NCBI GenBank assembly: GCA_021852265.1
Contig: JAJZNV010000006.1
Span: 1 to 51,270 of the forward strand
Length of the DNA: 51,270 bases
DNA from: Nanobdellota archaeon
Lineage (GTDB): Archaea > Nanobdellota > Nanobdellia > Parvarchaeales > Parvarchaeaceae
Direction: 5' to 3'
This document shows positions 29,538 to 39,286 of the stretch, piece after piece; the first letter of the stretch is position 1, and every line of letters starts with the position of its first letter. The position numbers and the translations under genes were made by a program. The notes beneath the pieces were generated by a model. It saw only the letters and a program-made list of their open reading frames with translations, made no database searches and was not told where the DNA came from.

Positions 29538-30329
29538 TTACACTTTTATATTTTTTGGTTTCCAACTTCCAGTACCATCAGGAAGCTCTGTTCTCTCAAA
29601 GTCCTGATAAATAAGAGGGTAACGCACTTTCATCTTATTGGCTACCTCGTCGAAAACTTTTCTTATCTCGATTTCGGCGTAAGGAGATGTTCTCATAGTT
29701 ATAACGTGTCTTATAGTTCTATGGTTTGCAGTCCATATAACATTGGTTGCTATTCCATCAGGTAGTATACGCCTAAGGGCGGAAGTAAGAATTTTTTTCA
29801 GACTGAAATCCATGCTATCCCAGTTATATTTTTTCTCGAGTTTTTTGTACCCGTTTTCTATGGTTTCTACTGCCTCAACAAAGTCTTTATCATTTTCCAT
29901 CTCTGGTGGGACCCATAGTTTTATTTCTTTGGGCCGCACGTACCTCAGAGATTCCTGACTTATAGCAGTCCCAACTCTATGCCTTGCAAGTTCATGGGTA
30001 AATACTCTAGAGACATTAAGAAATGCAAAAGTGACCGTCGAATGCTCAAGTATTGAACCATCTCCTTTTAATAGAATATTCTCAAGATACTCTTTAGATG
30101 TGCCCCTTATTTTCGTAACATTAGGGTTCATCCCCACACCATAACTTTCATAACACATCCTTCCAGCAACCTCGATTAGATACTCTCCGTTGCTCGATGC
30201 TGCCGCCTGCGTTGAATCATACCACATTTTTGCAATGTCTCCGCCGTGATCAGAAAGCATTTTCTCCAGATTTTCTTTTACCAGCGAAGTCTCCGCAATG
30301 AGATAAACTTTAGGCACTATCTTTTTCAT
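29538..30329 (-). CDS. thyX: FAD-dependent thymidylate synthase
   Basis: AGRMCY, SILEH, SRVFTHELARHR, SQESLRYV, EIR. Confidence 0.95.
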   Translation of the reverse strand: MKKIVPKVYLIAETSLVKENLEKMLSDHGGDIAKMWYDSTQAAASSNGEYLIEVAGRMCYESYGVGMNPNVTKIRGTSKEYLENILLKGDGSILEHSTVTFAFLNVSRVFTHELARHRVGTAISQESLRYVRPKEIKLWVPPEMENDKDFVEAVETIENGYKKLEKKYNWDSMDFSLKKILTSALRRILPDGIATNVIWTANHRTIRHVITMRTSPYAEIEIRKVFDEVANKMKVRYPLIYQDFERTELPDGTGSWKPKNIKV

Positions 30330-30370
30330 ATTCTCTTATGAGTTAAGAAACGTCAAATTTAAATACTTGC

Positions 30371-30502
30371 CTATTGCGACACTGTTATCAAAAGTATGCC
30401 TATTATAGTTAGAGTAAGTCCAGCTATCCAAAATGGATAATACACTGTGAGGAAACTTTGAAGCGCTTCAGCATGCGTAACGAGAATTCCTCCGCTAACC
30501 CA
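30371..30502 (-). pseudogene. Startless reading frame encoding a TM helix (gene remnant or microprotein)
   Basis: Manual translation WVSGGILVTHAEALQSFLTVYYPFWIAGLTLTIIGILLITVSQ*; no ATG in frame. Confidence 0.3.
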
Positions 30503-30899
30503 GATTCTTTGTGGAGAGCAGTTTACTAGGATTAACTGTGTAATCTTCCTGATTAAAATTAAACATGTGCCGGGTGGTCTTTATCGGAAAACGTTTTCCA
30601 CTAAGTGCTGCCAGTATTACATCTTGTCTTTTAACATAGTTGTATTCTGATCTCCAGTAAGATAGTTCAACCTCCTCATAATTCACGACTATGCAAGGGG
30701 CTTTTTTAGCACCGAGCTTTTTTAGGGCATTAAACCGGTGGTGCCCATCTAATATCACATATTTATTTTTCCCCGCGTTTGTAACCACTATCGGTACAAA
30801 CCTTTGGGATAGGAGTGTACTTTTTATTTTTTCAACGGCCTTCGAGTCTATCTCTTCATGTTCAAGCAGATTTTTAATTTCGATTTCTTTTGTTTTCAT
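30495..30899 (-). CDS. ParB/Srx-fold protein, SerK/SbnI-like (putative ADP-dependent free-serine kinase family)
   Basis: LLEHEE, PIVV, ILDGHHRF, GKRFPIKTTRH. Confidence 0.75.
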   Translation of the reverse strand: MKTKEIEIKNLLEHEEIDSKAVEKIKSTLLSQRFVPIVVTNAGKNKYVILDGHHRFNALKKLGAKKAPCIVVNYEEVELSYWRSEYNYVKRQDVILAALSGKRFPIKTTRHMFNFNQEDYTVNPSKLLSTKNLG

Positions 30900-31023
30900 A
30901 TCTGTGCTTATGTATAGTAGACCCGACTGTATTGGGCAGTTTCTTTACCGTCATATCATATTTTAACAGGGCAATGATTATTTAAACCTGGGCCAGCAAT
31001 ACTGAATTTTCTTTGTAAACGAT

Positions 31024-31374
31024 TTAGATAGTCTTTGCTATATCTGCAACTATAGGTATCTCGATATTAACGCCATTTACTGCTTGATATCCAACATACA
31101 TTCCAAAGAGCCATGCTAACACCCACAAAAGAGACAATAAACCCAATAGTGAGAATGCCCACGTCGCAATAAGAATAACACTTAAAATGTAATAAATTAT
31201 AATAACGCTTATCCAGTATATTATTGACTGAATCGAATGAAATCTAAGATTTCTATATCGAGCACCATACTGTATATAGACAAAAACCGCTGAGAGTATA
31301 GGTATTATGTATGCTACAAGGTACATTATTTTATCTCCAGATGGTAAAGATGAATTTGGAGTGCTGTTTTTCAT
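31024..31374 (-). CDS. DUF4870/Tic20-like small membrane protein
   Basis: VAYII, RFHSIQS, IPIVAD; 3 TM. Confidence 0.75.
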   Translation of the reverse strand: MKNSTPNSSLPSGDKIMYLVAYIIPILSAVFVYIQYGARYRNLRFHSIQSIIYWISVIIIYYILSVILIATWAFSLLGLLSLLWVLAWLFGMYVGYQAVNGVNIEIPIVADIAKTI

Positions 31375-31398
31375 AAAATCATGTTCGTATTGAAGTAC

Positions 31399-32544
31399 TT
31401 AACTTGCAGTTACATTAGCAGTTGCACGGGCACCTTCCTGTCCCTGAATAACTACTCTATATGTAGAACCAGATACTAGATTAACTGAAACATGATTTTC
31501 ACCTAAACTTATCCTGCCATTGAAGTTAAATGTAAAGGATTGCCCTGCCGCTAGTGTATAGCCCTCACCTTCAAAGTTGCTGCCCAAAGCCGGTAAAAAT
31601 AATGTTCCGTTCTGCGCTACAAGGAAGTTGATAGTCTTGAATGATGCCTGCAAGATCCCCTGGTGATCTATTTCACTTTCATATTCACCGGAAGTGTAAG
31701 TATTGTTGTACCCCGAATCATATCCAGAACTATTGGCTGTGCCGAAGCCACCTCTATCCTCCCTAGATATATTCCCAGAAGGCCCAACGGAGATGTTATC
31801 AACGGATATCAGTTGGTTACCAAACAGTGTTATATGCCTTATGATAATGCTCTGATTTGAATTGTCTTTTACAGTGACAGACAGATGTGTTATATTTGAC
31901 ACTGAAGAAAGTGAAGTATTTGAAATACTTATGTTGGCAATATTATTCCTCAAAGCATGCAGTTCTTTGATATCTAATCCGTGTTCGGACCCTATAGTCG
32001 CGCCTCTTAATTTCGAATTACCTACGGATACCGCACGTACAGACGGAACCATAATAAATACTGTAGAATTAGCAGTAAACACAGTTATAACTGTTGGTGA
32101 AAGCTCTGTTATTAGATTAGTAGTTCCATTAACCGAAGTATTTGTCGTGACCTTGGCAGTTATTTGCGCGTTTGGTAACGTCACTGGATAGACGGTATTA
32201 TTTAATTCAATGCTTGCAGAAGTAACGTTAAAGCGGATCATGTTTATTTTTGAGCCATTCGGGACGTATAAGCTCCCAAGTACTACACTTACATTGATAA
32301 GAGAAAGAAGATTTAGAGTTCCACTGCCTGGAGCACTTACCCACGCACTGCTATTGCCCGAAATAGTGTGCACCATCACAGAAGAATACGTTATGTTCAA
32401 GCTCTGCGTTCCATGTGGCACATTAGGAGGGTCTATTAAACTTATAAAAACATTATTCTGAGTTTGAGGGTATGCGAGATAAAAATAGATTACGCCCACC
32501 ACTGCAAGAACAATCAGCACCACTGCAATTAGCGAATATCGCAT
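31399..32544 (-). CDS. DUF4382-like secreted/surface glycoprotein
   Basis: N-terminal TM, ISLIDPP, LNITYSSVMVH; beta-rich, many N-x-S/T sequons. Confidence 0.7.
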   Translation of the reverse strand: MRYSLIAVVLIVLAVVGVIYFYLAYPQTQNNVFISLIDPPNVPHGTQSLNITYSSVMVHTISGNSSAWVSAPGSGTLNLLSLINVSVVLGSLYVPNGSKINMIRFNVTSASIELNNTVYPVTLPNAQITAKVTTNTSVNGTTNLITELSPTVITVFTANSTVFIMVPSVRAVSVGNSKLRGATIGSEHGLDIKELHALRNNIANISISNTSLSSVSNITHLSVTVKDNSNQSIIIRHITLFGNQLISVDNISVGPSGNISREDRGGFGTANSSGYDSGYNNTYTSGEYESEIDHQGILQASFKTINFLVAQNGTLFLPALGSNFEGEGYTLAAGQSFTFNFNGRISLGENHVSVNLVSGSTYRVVIQGQEGARATANVTAS

Positions 32545-32597
32545 TGTAAATCATTGCCTTCAGCGTTTATAAGTCTTTCGACAAGTACGTGAGCTGA

Positions 32598-33164
32598 CTA
32601 TGCAGATAATTTTTGTGTTAGAATTACAAGTGCACTTACTATATCGCGTATATGTTTTTTTGTTTCTTCATCTTTTATTTTGCCATCTTGCCCTAACTTA
32701 TCCTGTATAAACGGTATCATAACTTCCGGCTTTTGCACAGCCTGCAATCCAAGAAAAGTCATTATCTGTCTAAGATGATATTGCGCTCTGGAACCGCCCA
32801 GCATTCCTATGGAGCTGCTTACTATAGCGGCGGTTTTTCCATCAAATGAATTGTCACCATAAGGCCGTGAACCCCATTCTATTGCGTTTTTTATCAGGCT
32901 CGGAACTGAATAATTGTATTCAGGCGTAACTATAATTATTGCATCCGCAGCCTTCACTCTCTCCTTAAAGTTCTTAACACTTTCCGGTTGAGACATGTCA
33001 TCATCTTGATTAAAGTGCGGGAGCTTGCCCAGATCCGATGGTTCAAACGTATCTAGCACTGCGTCATTTGGGATAAACTCCGCAAGGCCTTTCAGGATAT
33101 GCGCGGTGTACGAGTCTTTTCTGAGGCTTCCTCCGAATGCAAATATTTTAACTTTCTTTTCCAC
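32598..33164 (-). CDS. NADPH-dependent FMN reductase (ChrR-like)
   Basis: GSLRKDSY, TPEYNYSVP, LIKNAIEW, GGSRAQYHLR; GTG start. Confidence 0.92.
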   Translation of the reverse strand: MEKKVKIFAFGGSLRKDSYTAHILKGLAEFIPNDAVLDTFEPSDLGKLPHFNQDDDMSQPESVKNFKERVKAADAIIIVTPEYNYSVPSLIKNAIEWGSRPYGDNSFDGKTAAIVSSSIGMLGGSRAQYHLRQIMTFLGLQAVQKPEVMIPFIQDKLGQDGKIKDEETKKHIRDIVSALVILTQKLSA

Positions 33165-33263
33165 CAGAGATAGTCTCCGCCCTCATTTATATTGGTTTCT
33201 CTAAAGAGGTTGTAACGGATAAAAAAATATAAAATTAATAAATGAGGGCTCCCCTCCTTATAC

Positions 33264-33728
33264 ATGAGATTCAGCTATTATGTAATACTATTGATAATCC
33301 TCTTTGTTGGAACCGGCTGGTATATACTGTCTTTCTCGACCTTTTTCCCGACCAATATAACAAATATAACTGGCTTTAGCGGAGTTATTGTCACACAGGG
33401 TTCTGTTTCCTCAAACAGCGGCGTGGTGGACTTGACGCTGCTGAACAGAGAACCTTTCTCTATTGTTCTGAATGGATCGTATGCAAGTGTCACTCTTACC
33501 AGCCCTAGGGACATTACAGATCCGGTTATGAAGCTTAATTGCACCAGCGATGATCTTTCACCGAATTCAAGCACGACCTGTGTTGGAAAAGGGATACCAG
33601 ACGGTTCTGCGATTGTAAATATGACTATAGATTATACACATTATAAGAATACAAACCTAATTATAAATGAGTCATATGGTAAGTTTGATTATGCATTATG
33701 CACAAAGTTCTCCGCGGTTTGCGAATAA
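33264..33728 (+). CDS. Membrane-anchored extracellular hypothetical protein
   Basis: N-terminal hydrophobic helix, sequons, paired cysteines. Confidence 0.65.
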   Translation: MRFSYYVILLIILFVGTGWYILSFSTFFPTNITNITGFSGVIVTQGSVSSNSGVVDLTLLNREPFSIVLNGSYASVTLTSPRDITDPVMKLNCTSDDLSPNSSTTCVGKGIPDGSAIVNMTIDYTHYKNTNLIINESYGKFDYALCTKFSAVCE

Positions 33729-33742
33729 ACAATAGAAGAACA

Positions 33743-34057
33743 TTATTTCTCACGTACGTCTTTGTTAAACTTTCTTTTTAATAAGGCAACTGCCTCCTTC
33801 TCCGTCTTTGCCTTTCCACTCGTTATAAGATTCTGAAGTGCATTTTTTATCGCTACCTCAAATTCCTTATTCCCAGGAGGCTTGTGCTCAATGTATTTTA
33901 TCTTTGAACGTGCTATAGTAACATCTGAGCCTTCTGTGCGCAGGAGTATGGAGTTTTTATCTACTGAACTCAATATTCCGCTGGCGTGACCTTTAGAAAG
34001 GAATCTAACGGTGACTTCTGAACCGATATAGGATGAAAGTATTTCGTCCGATAGCAT
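33743..34057 (-). CDS. Sm/Hfq-like fold protein with basic C-terminal helical extension
   Basis: YIGSEVTVRFL....GILSSVD..SILL.....IARSKIKYIE matches the Sm1/Sm2 pattern. Confidence 0.55.
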   Translation of the reverse strand: MLSDEILSSYIGSEVTVRFLSKGHASGILSSVDKNSILLRTEGSDVTIARSKIKYIEHKPPGNKEFEVAIKNALQNLITSGKAKTEKEAVALLKRKFNKDVREK

Positions 34058-34135
34058 AGTAAGTTCTGTAAAGGGATATATTTAACTCTTTATTCATTAT
34101 TCAAATGCGTATATAATCTACTGTAAATTAATCAA

Positions 34136-34354
34136 ATGGAAAACCTAGAAAAAATTATCCTTGATGTCAAGAAATTAGGTTTTAACTTTCACAAAACTAT
34201 TTACAAAACAAGAGTCGGGTACATCTCCTCAAATATCGCGGCAATCACCTCTGCCGCAGGATTATATATAGGAAGCTATTCACTTGGTATAGCATCATTA
34301 CTGATTACATCGGCAATGTTATATTTTACTCTGGAAAAACCAGAAGATAAGTAA
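34136..34354 (+). CDS. Small membrane protein
   Basis: 72 aa, two short hydrophobic segments, TATATAAT box upstream. Confidence 0.55.
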   Translation: MENLEKIILDVKKLGFNFHKTIYKTRVGYISSNIAAITSAAGLYIGSYSLGIASLLITSAMLYFTLEKPEDK

Positions 34355-34459
34355 AGACTAAACTTATACTTAGCAGTCCGTGTGCTGAAAAGTATATACC
34401 TGGCCCAAAAAGCTCCTCAAGGGATAAAAGTATAAGAACAATTGAGATTATATCAAATT

Positions 34460-34873
34460 ATGGACTGCATTTTTTGTGAAGTCGCCGCTCATTCTGTGGA
34501 CTCCAAGATAGTCTATGAAGATGATAGCATTATGGCTTTCTTGGATATCAATCCGGTCAGCGAAGGACACACACTAATAATCCCAAAAAAGCATTATGAA
34601 AATATTTTTGATATAGAAAACCTCGCACTCGATAAGATTGTCCGAGCAGCCAAGAGACTCGCATCGGCATACAAGGATGCATTCAATGTAAATGCGGTGA
34701 ATTTATTAAATGCGTCTGGGGCCGCAGCACAACAGAGTGTTTCTCACTTCCATCTACATTTGGTTCCAAGGCAGGAGAATGACGGTTTGGACTTCTGGTT
34801 CCATGGAAAAGGAGAATCCAAGGAAGCGTTAGCCAAAACACTAGAAAAAATAAGAAAATTTGTCAAATATTAG
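34460..34873 (+). CDS. HIT-family nucleotide hydrolase (Hint-like)
   Basis: DCIFC, AFLDINP, GHTLIIPK, HFHLHLVPR. Confidence 0.93.
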   Translation: MDCIFCEVAAHSVDSKIVYEDDSIMAFLDINPVSEGHTLIIPKKHYENIFDIENLALDKIVRAAKRLASAYKDAFNVNAVNLLNASGAAAQQSVSHFHLHLVPRQENDGLDFWFHGKGESKEALAKTLEKIRKFVKY

Positions 34874-37444
34874 ATGGCACTGTATATGGCAATGAATGAA
34901 GGATTATCGAATAATGTTATCCCGGAGAGTTATAAACTGTTCTTTGAACCGGATTTAAGGACTTTTAAGTCGAAAGGTGAAGAGGAGATAACCGTCTCCC
35001 TGACAGAAAAGACAAAAAAGATACGGATAAACTCTAAAGAGATAGAAATCTTACATGCACGTGCAGAATTCGACAGTAGAGAAATAACTGCTTCTGTAAA
35101 CACCATACCTGAACGCGAGGAAATAGAGTTTTCTTTTGAAGAAGAACTTAAAGACAAAGTAAAATTAAAAATCGAATTTGTGACGCAAAACAATGATAGA
35201 ATGTATGGGTTTTATAGGAGTAAATATCTTATGAACGGGAAAGAAGAATTTATGCTGTCAACGGACTTTGAGCCGACAAATGCCAGGGCAGCGTTTCCGT
35301 GTTTTGATGAACCTGCATTTAAATCAACGTTTAGTCTATCTATAAAAATAGATAAAGCCCTAGAAGCGGTGTCAAATACTCCTGCAAAAAGAGAGTATCT
35401 CGATAATGACAAGAAAGTAATAGAGTTCGAAACGACGCCTAGGATGTCAACTTATCTATTTTATGTTGGTGTTGGAAAATTCGATAGAGAGAGCGAGGAT
35501 CTGGATGGACGTAAAATAAGCGTGCTTACAACTCCAGGAAAGGGCATGCTGGCGAGAACGGCACTTGGTTACACCAAAAAATTCCTTGCGTATTTTGAAG
35601 AATATTTCGGCGTTAGGTATCCCCTTCCAAAACTGGACCTTATAGCTATACCGGACTTTTCAGTAGGTGCTATGGAGAATTGGGGCGCTATAACTTTCAG
35701 GGAGAGTAGGCTTCTGGTGGATAAGAAGAGCTCTTTAAGAGATAAAATGTCAGTAGCGGAAACGGTGGCTCATGAATTGGCACACCAATGGTTTGGTGAT
35801 CTTGTTACAATGACCTGGTGGGATGACCTCTGGCTAAACGAAAGTTTCGCGACACTGATGAGCTATAAAGCGATGGAAAATGTTTTTCCCGAATGGGAGA
35901 AGGACCTCGAATACCTGTTATACGCATTTGACAGCGCGCTCATGGCAGATGGGCTTAACTCTACTCATCCAATAAGCGTAAATGTTAGAAACACGACAGA
36001 GATAGAGGATATTTTTGATGTTATAAGTTACAGGAAAGGGGGCAGCGTGCTCAGAATGCTTGATTATTATGCGGGCGTGGAAAATTTCCGTAAAGGCCTA
36101 AAGACATACCTTATCACACATGCATATGGTAATGCAACAAAAGCCGACTTATGGAAAGCTGTAGGGGAAGCGTCGCATATTTCGGGGACAGAGCTTCCAA
36201 TAGAGTCCATTATGGATAGATGGTTAAACAAACCCGGCTATCCGATTATAAACGTGTATGAAGAAAACAAAGGATTCAGACTGTGCCAAAAGCGCTTTTT
36301 ATTTTCTGGAGAAACTAAAGATGAATGGCCAGTGCCAGTGCACTATGCACTTGGTGACAAAAAGGGGATCCTGCGTGATTCCGATGATAAAATTCTGATG
36401 CTGACCGAAGAGTATAAACTACATGATCTCCCGATTAACTCGAATGGGGGTGGCTGGATAAAACTAAATTATGGACAGCACGGCTTTTACAGAGTAAATT
36501 ACAGTGAAGGGCTGCTGGAAAAGCTTGGGAACCTTATAAAAAGTAAGAAACTCCCGATAGAAGATGCTTGGGGAGTAGAAAATGACATTTTTGCGCTGGT
36601 AAGAGGAGGCATGATAAAAACTGGGCGTTATCTTGATTTTATTATCCGATTTTGTGGAAACTGTCAATATCCTTTAAGCGCAAGCACACTCGAACACTTG
36701 GTGTGGTTATGTGTTATTAATCAGGGTAACCCCTCTTATGAAAAAATAGCGTCTATAACCGGATTAATTGCTGGAAGACTGCTTAAAAAATTAGGGTGGA
36801 AAGAAAAACGCGCGGAAAGCACAACAGATCGCATAATGCGGATAACTGCAATAAACGTGCTCGGATTTTTAGGAGACAAGACAGTAACTAAAAGATTATT
36901 GTCGATTTTCTATGCATATCTCAAGAAGAAAAAGGTTATACGCGCCGATTTGCTGCAAAGCGTTTATTCTACCGCGGCTATAAATGGAGATGTTGGGGTC
37001 TTTGAATCTCTGCTTAACCTATATGAGACTACCAATTCCGCTACGGAAACCATTTTAATATTGTCTGCTCTTGGAAAATTCCGAAACAGGGATCTACTAA
37101 TAAAGGCACTTGAATTCTCAAAATCAGAAAAGATAAGACTTCAAGATTCATGGATCATAGCCAGTGCCGCGACATATAATCCCCTTGCTTCAAAAACGTT
37201 ATGGCCTTGGATTAAAGATAATTGGAAATTACTGTCACAAAAATTTGCGCCGGGAACCAAAATCTTGCGCAAATATGTAGAGAGCTTAGAGATGACAAAA
37301 GACAGAGAAATTTTAGAGGAGATAAGTGTTTTTTTCTCACAGAAGGATAATTTCCGTGATGAACTTAGATATCCTTTGAATCAGACCCTTGAAAAGATTA
37401 ATTTGAATATAAGGTACTTAAGACACGCAGGTACTAGCGTATAA
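34874..37444 (+). CDS. M1 family zinc aminopeptidase (tricorn-interacting factor F2/F3-like, ERAP1-C domain)
   Basis: FPCFDEP, GAMENWG, HELAHQW-x-NESFA, SYRKG. Confidence 0.95.
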   Translation: MALYMAMNEGLSNNVIPESYKLFFEPDLRTFKSKGEEEITVSLTEKTKKIRINSKEIEILHARAEFDSREITASVNTIPEREEIEFSFEEELKDKVKLKIEFVTQNNDRMYGFYRSKYLMNGKEEFMLSTDFEPTNARAAFPCFDEPAFKSTFSLSIKIDKALEAVSNTPAKREYLDNDKKVIEFETTPRMSTYLFYVGVGKFDRESEDLDGRKISVLTTPGKGMLARTALGYTKKFLAYFEEYFGVRYPLPKLDLIAIPDFSVGAMENWGAITFRESRLLVDKKSSLRDKMSVAETVAHELAHQWFGDLVTMTWWDDLWLNESFATLMSYKAMENVFPEWEKDLEYLLYAFDSALMADGLNSTHPISVNVRNTTEIEDIFDVISYRKGGSVLRMLDYYAGVENFRKGLKTYLITHAYGNATKADLWKAVGEASHISGTELPIESIMDRWLNKPGYPIINVYEENKGFRLCQKRFLFSGETKDEWPVPVHYALGDKKGILRDSDDKILMLTEEYKLHDLPINSNGGGWIKLNYGQHGFYRVNYSEGLLEKLGNLIKSKKLPIEDAWGVENDIFALVRGGMIKTGRYLDFIIRFCGNCQYPLSASTLEHLVWLCVINQGNPSYEKIASITGLIAGRLLKKLGWKEKRAESTTDRIMRITAINVLGFLGDKTVTKRLLSIFYAYLKKKKVIRADLLQSVYSTAAINGDVGVFESLLNLYETTNSATETILILSALGKFRNRDLLIKALEFSKSEKIRLQDSWIIASAATYNPLASKTLWPWIKDNWKLLSQKFAPGTKILRKYVESLEMTKDREILEEISVFFSQKDNFRDELRYPLNQTLEKINLNIRYLRHAGTSV

Positions 37445-37463
37445 AAAACACTCAAAGAAAAGC

Positions 37464-38273
37464 TTAGCCTAGCAACGATAAGAATTTATCAAGAATCGAG
37501 GCTGGGACGCTAGTTCCTATCTCATTAAAAGTACATTGCAGGCTCTGGGCTGCACGATTGAAGGCCTGGTCGACGGTCCCAATCTGATTTTTCGACTCCG
37601 AGATACCTAAAACAAAGCATACACTTCCATTAACTTCTGCAATAGAAAGTTCTGCATAAGTAACACTTACGTTCAAGATTTTCTGATTCGAGAATTTCAC
37701 ATATATCCCACTATAGCCACCTACGGACGTGGCAGTTATATTTGCATTCGGAATCGCCGCCAATATACTGTTCGAAGTGGAAAAGTTTCTATCTAAGATT
37801 GTTATCGCCCCTGCTGCAACAAAGCTTAAATTTGAGGGTACAATAAAGTTCTCCGGACTGGTTAGATACTCTGATAAAAGACTTGGTGCACTTGCGGCAA
37901 ATGACAGGACTTCAGAAGCAGGGATAATTATCGCAACTTGGCTCTTGTTCCCAAATTTTGAAGGTTGTGTAGTGTTCTGTGGTGAGATCAAATTTGCGAA
38001 CTGAGAAGTATTAACTGAAACCCAATTGGCAGGATAAGCAAATGTCACTCCGGGGGCGGAGAAAGTTTTACTTTGGGAGGGGCTGTTAAAAGTCGACCCG
38101 AGTGCATTAAAAAACAAACCTAATTCAGCTGGATAAAGTAGATATAGAACTGCAACCAGCACTGCCGCGGCTATCGCAGTTATTCCAAGTGCTTTCAGTA
38201 TATTCTTGGATATTCTTTTTCTCCTATCAACCTGTGTATAATCGAACTGTTGCGGGTTTTGGGAAGTCATCAT
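37464..38273 (-). CDS. Membrane-anchored hypothetical protein (possible PsbP-like fold)
   Basis: Single N-terminal TM; TF...GVTFAYPANW resembles the PsbP-like first strand. Confidence 0.55.
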   Translation of the reverse strand: MMTSQNPQQFDYTQVDRRKRISKNILKALGITAIAAAVLVAVLYLLYPAELGLFFNALGSTFNSPSQSKTFSAPGVTFAYPANWVSVNTSQFANLISPQNTTQPSKFGNKSQVAIIIPASEVLSFAASAPSLLSEYLTSPENFIVPSNLSFVAAGAITILDRNFSTSNSILAAIPNANITATSVGGYSGIYVKFSNQKILNVSVTYAELSIAEVNGSVCFVLGISESKNQIGTVDQAFNRAAQSLQCTFNEIGTSVPASILDKFLSLLG

Positions 38274-38400
38274 ACGATTATGTTCAATTTTTAAGATATA
38301 TACCTAACCGTCCCATACATTGCTCCTGTGCTAATCATGTTTTAGCAGGGTATGCAACGTTAAAATAATAAAATTGGAACAAAAAGTAGGAGTACTAGCG

Positions 38401-38877
38401 TTATCCCCAGCGGTCATATGCGGGGTGTCCTTTCCTAACGGCCACGAAAATGCCCTTTGCAGTGGCAGTAATCTTGCCATTCGCTTCCAATAGTGTTTCT
38501 ACTTCCGCTTTGTTTTCATGGATTTCTATGGCATGCGTTTTCAGGTGAAGTACCGTGTCGAGAGGAGTGGGCTTTAGGAAGGTGACTGTATACTGCGCAG
38601 TAACCGTGGCAGGCAGCTTATCATACCCGCCTTTCTTCATTATATAGTAAGCTGCTGACCAGTTGCTATGACAGTCCAGAATAACGGATAACACGCCTCC
38701 ACTTACGTAACCTTCAAAGACATGGTGATACTTCTTTGGTTTAAAATCCAGCTCTACATTCTCACCATTAACCTTGCTTTTTATCCTAAAGCCTTTCTTG
38801 TTCGCTGGACCGCAGCCAAAACATACACTATGAGGGGCGTATTTTTCCTGCAAACTCAGCTCCAGTTTTTTCTTCAT
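38401..38877 (-). CDS. PaaI-like thioesterase (CFGCG type)
   Basis: CFGCGPAN, GGVLSVILDCHSNW, FLKPTP; start reassigned to ATG 38877. Confidence 0.88.
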   Translation of the reverse strand: MKKKLELSLQEKYAPHSVCFGCGPANKKGFRIKSKVNGENVELDFKPKKYHHVFEGYVSGGVLSVILDCHSNWSAAYYIMKKGGYDKLPATVTAQYTVTFLKPTPLDTVLHLKTHAIEIHENKAEVETLLEANGKITATAKGIFVAVRKGHPAYDRWG

Positions 38878-38971
38878 AAACTCTATCAGTATAATCAAAG
38901 ATTTAAATTTTACTATGTGTAATATAAGGATACCCACAAAGAATATAAATAGTGATTTTCTGATGTATAGA

Positions 38972-39286
38972 ATGGAATACAACGGATTGTTAAAGTTAGA
39001 AGATATACTGAAAGGACGCGAGGCACTTATCACCTCTCAAAAAAAGGATGTACGTATATACGGCATAGTTCTTATTGGTGAACGTGTTGAGCTATCTGGT
39101 TACGTAAATAGTGGCTCCAGAGAAGGTTATGCACACCCTGTAAAAGCGGTATACGAGGAACTATCAAGACGACTTTTGTACAGCGACTGCACATGCGAAT
39201 CACGCAGATATAATGGTGATCCATGCAAACATGCAACAAAACTTTGGGATGTTTATATAAGAAACGCCAGAAAAACCAAATTTTAA
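38972..39286 (+). CDS. SWIM zinc-finger protein
   Basis: CTCES......PCKHA (CxC-xn-CxH); ATG ~21 nt after a TATAAATA box. Confidence 0.75.
   Translation: MEYNGLLKLEDILKGREALITSQKKDVRIYGIVLIGERVELSGYVNSGSREGYAHPVKAVYEELSRRLLYSDCTCESRRYNGDPCKHATKLWDVYIRNARKTKF

Noticed and set aside
30449-30458. GAGGAAACTT resembling the RNase P RNA P4 5' strand
   Set aside because: Lacks the following CC, no matching 3' P4 strand, and insufficient non-coding space
30495-30899. ParB as sign of a plasmid or partition system
   Set aside because: No ParA, HTH, parS repeats or replication genes; motifs fit the SerK-like enzyme branch
38878-39033. Hydrophobic N-terminal extension of the second thioesterase
   Set aside because: Crosses AT-rich divergent promoters and overlaps the SWIM gene; artefact of longest-ORF calling
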